This document shows positions 59,809 to 64,000 of a DNA stretch of 64,000 nucleotides, in pieces. Source of the stretch: Thermotogaceae bacterium (GTDB taxonomy: Bacteria > Thermotogota > Thermotogae > B21-G9 > HyVt-16); assembly GCA_029981435.1 (NCBI GenBank), contig JARRBB010000002.1, forward strand, positions 1,042 through 65,041. Direction: 5' to 3'. A program made the position numbers and the translations under genes. Each line of letters begins with the position of its first letter. Positions within the stretch are counted from its first letter, which is position 1. The notes under the pieces were generated by a model that saw nothing but the letters and a program-made list of their open reading frames with translations, was not told the DNA's origin and searched no databases.

Positions 59809-61513
59809 AAAGGTTTTTCTTTATCAAAACGGCTAGTTTTTCGCTCTTCACAACTTCTTTTATTTCATTTATGCTCGCATTCCTTACTTTCTCAACACTT
59901 CCAAATCTTTTCAAAAGTGCCTTCTTCCTTTTTGGACCTATTCCAGGTATATTGTCAAGTTTGGACTCCACAATTCTTTTATCTCTTAATTTTGAGTGGA
60001 AAGAGTTTGCAAATCGATGTGATTCATCCCTTACCTTTATAAGCAGTCTCAAAGCAATATCATCAAGGGGTAATTTTAAATCTGTTTTGGCACCAGGGAA
60101 AACTATTCTTTCATCTTCTTTTGCAATACCAACAACCGGACAACTTTTTCCAATACTTTTCAAAGCCTCAACTGCAGAATTGACCTGTCCTTTTCCACCA
60201 TCTATGAATAGAAGATCTGGTAGATCATATTTCTGATATCTGCGAATTACAACCTTTTTTATAGAAAGAAAATCGTCAGGGCTGTTTATACTATCAAATC
60301 TATACCGCCTGTATTCATTTTTCATCGGTTTACCATCTACAAAGACCACCAAAGATGCTACCGTAAAAAGCCCCTGCGTATGTGATATATCTATTCCTTC
60401 TATCCGACGTGGAAGATGAGGAAGTTCGAGTATTTCCTTTAACCTGTTAAGGGCATTTTCAGTATCTTCTATTTTTCTGTACTCTTCCTCCCAGTTCAGT
60501 CTGGATAGTTCGAGAATTTTAATCTCAAAATCATTCCTTGGTTTACCTACATAATTAGTGCCAAACGTTTTAGAGATTTCAGATTCAGTTTTAAAATTTG
60601 TCAAAATAATTTCTGGAATAGAGAGTTTCAAACCAAAATACAGCTGTCTTAAAAAATCTTCAGGTTCTCCATTGAATTCAAAAGAAAGTTTCCCCAGAAG
60701 ATTTCCATTCCTTATTCTGAGAACTTCTCCGACACCTTTTTTGAAAAATATACCATCGACATCTAAATTTTCATTAAAAACAACGAACTGTGGTTCGAAT
60801 ATATTCCTTATTCCAAAAATCAGGTCCCTTATGTTTGCTGCTTTCTCAAATTCCAACAATTCTGATAGTCTTTTCATCTCTTTTTCAAGTTCTTCTATGA
60901 GTTGTTTGATTTCACCATTCAAAAATTCTTTGAACTTTCTAACCTGCTTATTGTATTCCTCTGCTGTTATTTTACCGGCACATGGTGCTGAACACATATT
61001 TAGATGGTACTCAAGACAAGGCTTTCGGGATTTATCAGGTTTTATATCGATTGAACAGCTTCTTATCTTGAATAACTTGTATGATAAATTCAGAAGTCTT
61101 CTCACAAAACCTATATCTGTATAAGGACCGTAATACTCTCCTTCTTCTTTCTTTTCTCTAACAATTTTAATAGTCGGAAACTTTTCGTTGGATATGAATA
61201 TATAAGGATACCATCTTGTTTCCTTTAACATAGCATTGTAAACTGGTTTTTCTTTAAAAATCAGATTGGCTTCCAGCAGGAGAGCTTCTTTTTCTGAATT
61301 TACAACTATATAGTCAAGTTCATCTGCTTCATTCACAATTTTTTCAGCTTTTGAACCAGCATTTTTACTGAAATAGGAGAGAACTCGTTTTTTCAAATTT
61401 TTGGCCTTTCCTATGTATATCACCTTGCTGGAGTTTTTAAAAATATAAACTCCAGGAGTTTCAGGAAATTCATTCTTTACCTTTTCATACAATTTCAAAC
61501 TACTTTTTTTCAT
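59807..61513 (-). CDS. uvrC: Excinuclease ABC subunit C
   Basis: PGVYIF, IYIGKAKNLKKRV (GIY-YIG), EGIDISH, IDGGKGQ, RDESHRFA, IPGIGPKR. Confidence 0.96.
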   Translation of the reverse strand: MKKSSLKLYEKVKNEFPETPGVYIFKNSSKVIYIGKAKNLKKRVLSYFSKNAGSKAEKIVNEADELDYIVVNSEKEALLLEANLIFKEKPVYNAMLKETRWYPYIFISNEKFPTIKIVREKKEEGEYYGPYTDIGFVRRLLNLSYKLFKIRSCSIDIKPDKSRKPCLEYHLNMCSAPCAGKITAEEYNKQVRKFKEFLNGEIKQLIEELEKEMKRLSELLEFEKAANIRDLIFGIRNIFEPQFVVFNENLDVDGIFFKKGVGEVLRIRNGNLLGKLSFEFNGEPEDFLRQLYFGLKLSIPEIILTNFKTESEISKTFGTNYVGKPRNDFEIKILELSRLNWEEEYRKIEDTENALNRLKEILELPHLPRRIEGIDISHTQGLFTVASLVVFVDGKPMKNEYRRYRFDSINSPDDFLSIKKVVIRRYQKYDLPDLLFIDGGKGQVNSAVEALKSIGKSCPVVGIAKEDERIVFPGAKTDLKLPLDDIALRLLIKVRDESHRFANSFHSKLRDKRIVESKLDNIPGIGPKRKKALLKRFGSVEKVRNASINEIKEVVKSEKLAVLIKKNL

Positions 61514-62819
61514 AATTTTTCATACCCTGCCATAGATCTTCAAGACGTTTTTTTATGTTTTTTTCTGTTCCACGATCGTTTGGATAATAGAAAACCATAC
61601 CTTTCAACTTTTCAGGTAGATAATTATCCACAACAAATCCATTCTCAAAATCGTGGACATATTTGTAACCTTTTCCATATCCCATATTTTTCATGAGTTC
61701 TGTTACTGGATTTCTCAGCTTAAAAGGAACATCTTCATTGGCAGTTTTTCGAGCTATATCGGCTGCTTTTTCATAAGCTTCGTAAACTGAGTTACTTTTG
61801 GGACAGACAGAAAGATATATCACAGCTTCTGCGAGTGCAGTTGTACATTCAGGCATTCCTATGAATTGAGTCGCCTGATAAGCAGCTACAGCTATTAAAA
61901 GTGCTTTAGGATCAGCAAGTCCTACATCTTCGCTTGCAAACCTGACGATTCTTCTGGCTATGTAAAGTGGATCTTCACCTGCTTCAAGCATACGTGCCAT
62001 GTAGTACAATGCAGCGTCTGGGTCACTGCCACGCATACTTTTGTGAAAAGCCGAGATCAAGTCGAAATGCTCATCGCCTTTTTTTCTATATTTCGCAACG
62101 TTTCTTACAAGAAGTCTATCCAGAGATTCTAGATCTATATTTTTATTTCCAAAACTAAGAGAGCTTCTCACAACAAGTTCAAGGTAATTCAAAGCAGAAC
62201 GTGCATCGCCTTCAGAAACTTTTGAGATAACCTCAAGAACATCAGAAGATATTTCAAAATCATGAGATTTTTTCAAAAAATCCACCGCATTGGATAAAAT
62301 CTTAAGTATTTCTTCATCTTTGAGTTTTCTAAAAACAATAATTTCACATCTTGATAAAAGTGCTGGATTGACTTCAAAACTTGGATTTTCAGTTGTAGAA
62401 CCAATCAACACAACTTTCCCTTCTTCTACGTATGGGAGAAGAATATCCTGCTGCAACCTATTGAACCTATGAATTTCATCGAGAAAAATTATTGCTCCTC
62501 TTCCAGTTGTCTGAAAATACGTGTTCGCCTTTTCAAGAATAGGTCTAAGGTCAGACAGACCACTTGTTGCTGCACTGAATCTGTAAAGAGGTCTTTTAGT
62601 GTATTTTTCTATCAAATTCGCCACAGAGGTTTTACCGCAACCAGGTGGCCCGTACAGAATGCACGAAAAGAGCCGGTCTTCCTCAATAGCCTTTCTCAAT
62701 GTACCATTTTTACCTAATATATGTTCCTGTCCAATGAATTCGTCAAAAGTATTGGGCCTTAATTTTGAAGCCAATGGTTCATTGGAGTTATTATCATTCC
62801 AAAGTCCCTTTTGAAACAT
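61500..62819 (-). CDS. rarA: Replication-associated recombination protein A (AAA+ ATPase)
   Basis: PLASKLRP, GPPGCGKT, DEIHRFN, TTENPSF, ISAFHKSMRGSDPDA, ASEDVGLADP. Confidence 0.96.
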   Translation of the reverse strand: MFQKGLWNDNNSNEPLASKLRPNTFDEFIGQEHILGKNGTLRKAIEEDRLFSCILYGPPGCGKTSVANLIEKYTKRPLYRFSAATSGLSDLRPILEKANTYFQTTGRGAIIFLDEIHRFNRLQQDILLPYVEEGKVVLIGSTTENPSFEVNPALLSRCEIIVFRKLKDEEILKILSNAVDFLKKSHDFEISSDVLEVISKVSEGDARSALNYLELVVRSSLSFGNKNIDLESLDRLLVRNVAKYRKKGDEHFDLISAFHKSMRGSDPDAALYYMARMLEAGEDPLYIARRIVRFASEDVGLADPKALLIAVAAYQATQFIGMPECTTALAEAVIYLSVCPKSNSVYEAYEKAADIARKTANEDVPFKLRNPVTELMKNMGYGKGYKYVHDFENGFVVDNYLPEKLKGMVFYYPNDRGTEKNIKKRLEDLWQGMKNYEKK

Positions 62820-62822
62820 ATT

Positions 62823-63764
62823 TCAACTGTTCCCTCTAAACCATTCGACAGTTTCTCTTAAACCTTCTTCAAGATTCCACGATGGCTTCCAATCAAGTAT
62901 CTCAGCCGCGAGTGAATTGTCTAAAATGCTTTTCCTCAAATCTCCAGGTCTTGGAGGACCATAAACAGGTTCAAGATTGTATTCTGGTATTAATTGATGT
63001 ATCTTTTTGAAAAGCTCATTAACAGTTGTACCTAAACCAGTACTTATGTTCAAAGAGACATTCTTAGCTTTTTTCATAGCTTCCATATTCGCACTTACAA
63101 CATCTTTTACATAAATATAATCTCTTATATTCTCACCATCACCAAAAATTGTAACTTCCTTCCCTTCAAGCATTCGTTTTGTAAAAATAGCAACCACACC
63201 TGCTTCACCATGAGGATTCTGCCTGGGACCATAAACATTAGAGTATCTCAAAGCAACGTATTCCAAACCATGTTCTAAAGAGTAAAATTTCAGATATTTT
63301 TCCCCAGCCAGTTTTGAAATTCCGTAAGGTGATACGGGATCTTCTTTACACGACTCAGGTGTTGGTATTTTATCAGGGTTATCACCATACATAACTCCAC
63401 CAGAAGAACTGAATATGAATTTCTTAACACCATATTTTGCTGAAAGCATCAGTAAATTCAACATACCTATTATATTTATATCTGCATCTTTTTTTGGATC
63501 TCTCGTAGACTCAGAAACACTTATCTGTGCTGCCAGATGAAAAACATATGACGGTTTATGTATTTGGAAGAGCTTTTCAAGGGAATTGAATTCTCTGATG
63601 TCCCAACTATATAACAATGCACTTGGATCAAGATTCTCTACATTCCCTGTGGACAGATTATCAACAACCACCACACCATACTCTTGCTTTAATAGTTCAT
63701 CGACCAGATGGGATCCTATGAATCCAGCTCCACCTGTTACCAGTACCGTATCCAACTTCCTCAC
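62823..63764 (-). CDS. galE: NAD-dependent epimerase, UDP-glucose 4-epimerase-like
   Basis: TGGAGFIGSH, HLAAQ, SPYGISK (YxxxK), NVYGPRQ, RPGD. Confidence 0.85.
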   Translation of the reverse strand: MRKLDTVLVTGGAGFIGSHLVDELLKQEYGVVVVDNLSTGNVENLDPSALLYSWDIREFNSLEKLFQIHKPSYVFHLAAQISVSESTRDPKKDADINIIGMLNLLMLSAKYGVKKFIFSSSGGVMYGDNPDKIPTPESCKEDPVSPYGISKLAGEKYLKFYSLEHGLEYVALRYSNVYGPRQNPHGEAGVVAIFTKRMLEGKEVTIFGDGENIRDYIYVKDVVSANMEAMKKAKNVSLNISTGLGTTVNELFKKIHQLIPEYNLEPVYGPPRPGDLRKSILDNSLAAEILDWKPSWNLEEGLRETVEWFRGNS

Positions 63765-63768
63765 CCTT

Positions 63769-64000
63769 TCAGATGCTTTTATTTTCTCTCAAAAATTTGT
63801 ACAGTTCATCGCAGCCTTCCTCGGGAACTTTCTTGAGTATCCCAACGAACTTTTCAAATCTTTCCTGAATTTTTGAGTCAATAAAATGTTCAATCTGGCA
63901 TGATATTTTCTCGGAAAGATGCTCTGGTATACCAATTATTTCAGTAAAGAAATCCAGTATTTCAGAATGAATTTTTTCCAAATCTTTTGCTCTATCTTTA
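63769..64000 (-). CDS. C-terminal part of a DtxR/MntR family metal-dependent regulator (5' end outside the window)
   Basis: Frame open to the window edge; H...FF...IG...ISCQIEH matches the dimerisation/metal-site motif. Confidence 0.75.
   Translation of the reverse strand, partial: KDRAKDLEKIHSEILDFFTEIIGIPEHLSEKISCQIEHFIDSKIQERFEKFVGILKKVPEEGCDELYKFLRENKSI

Overview
Low-GC, gene-dense bacterial chromosome segment whose gene content points to a Thermotogota (Thermotogae) member. The supporting markers are a TM1266-hydG-small ORF-hydE cluster, a 13-gene Mbx/MBS-type operon ending in an MbxN-GltD fusion, DUF4438, and DPDGD-repeat Fn3-like surface lipoprotein modules. Most of it is housekeeping: ABC/ECF transporters, wecB, a G1P dehydrogenase, ahcY with three rRNA methyltransferases, tRNA-Val(GAC), [FeFe]-hydrogenase maturases, pyk/pfkA/mutS/miaB, a sugar ABC system, an alpha-2-macroglobulin locus, uvrC/rarA/galE and a partial DtxR/MntR regulator. 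I saw no CRISPR array, prophage or IS element. The most unusual non-coding signals are: (1) two phased arrays of degenerate 8-bp units (consensus A[C/G]TTATAA; 13185-13352 and 14645-14756) covering the upstream region of an orphan ribbon-helix-helix-like gene and of the ahcY-methyltransferase gene run, suggesting a MetJ-like regulator or an orphan centromere/partition module; (2) a three-hairpin attenuator with a possible leader peptide and a Rex-like box in front of the hydrogenase maturation operon; (3) an apparent AUU start for rsmG; (4) a Shine-Dalgarno separated from its start codon by a hairpin in the mbx operon. All calls come from reading the sequence and recognising motifs; no searches were run.
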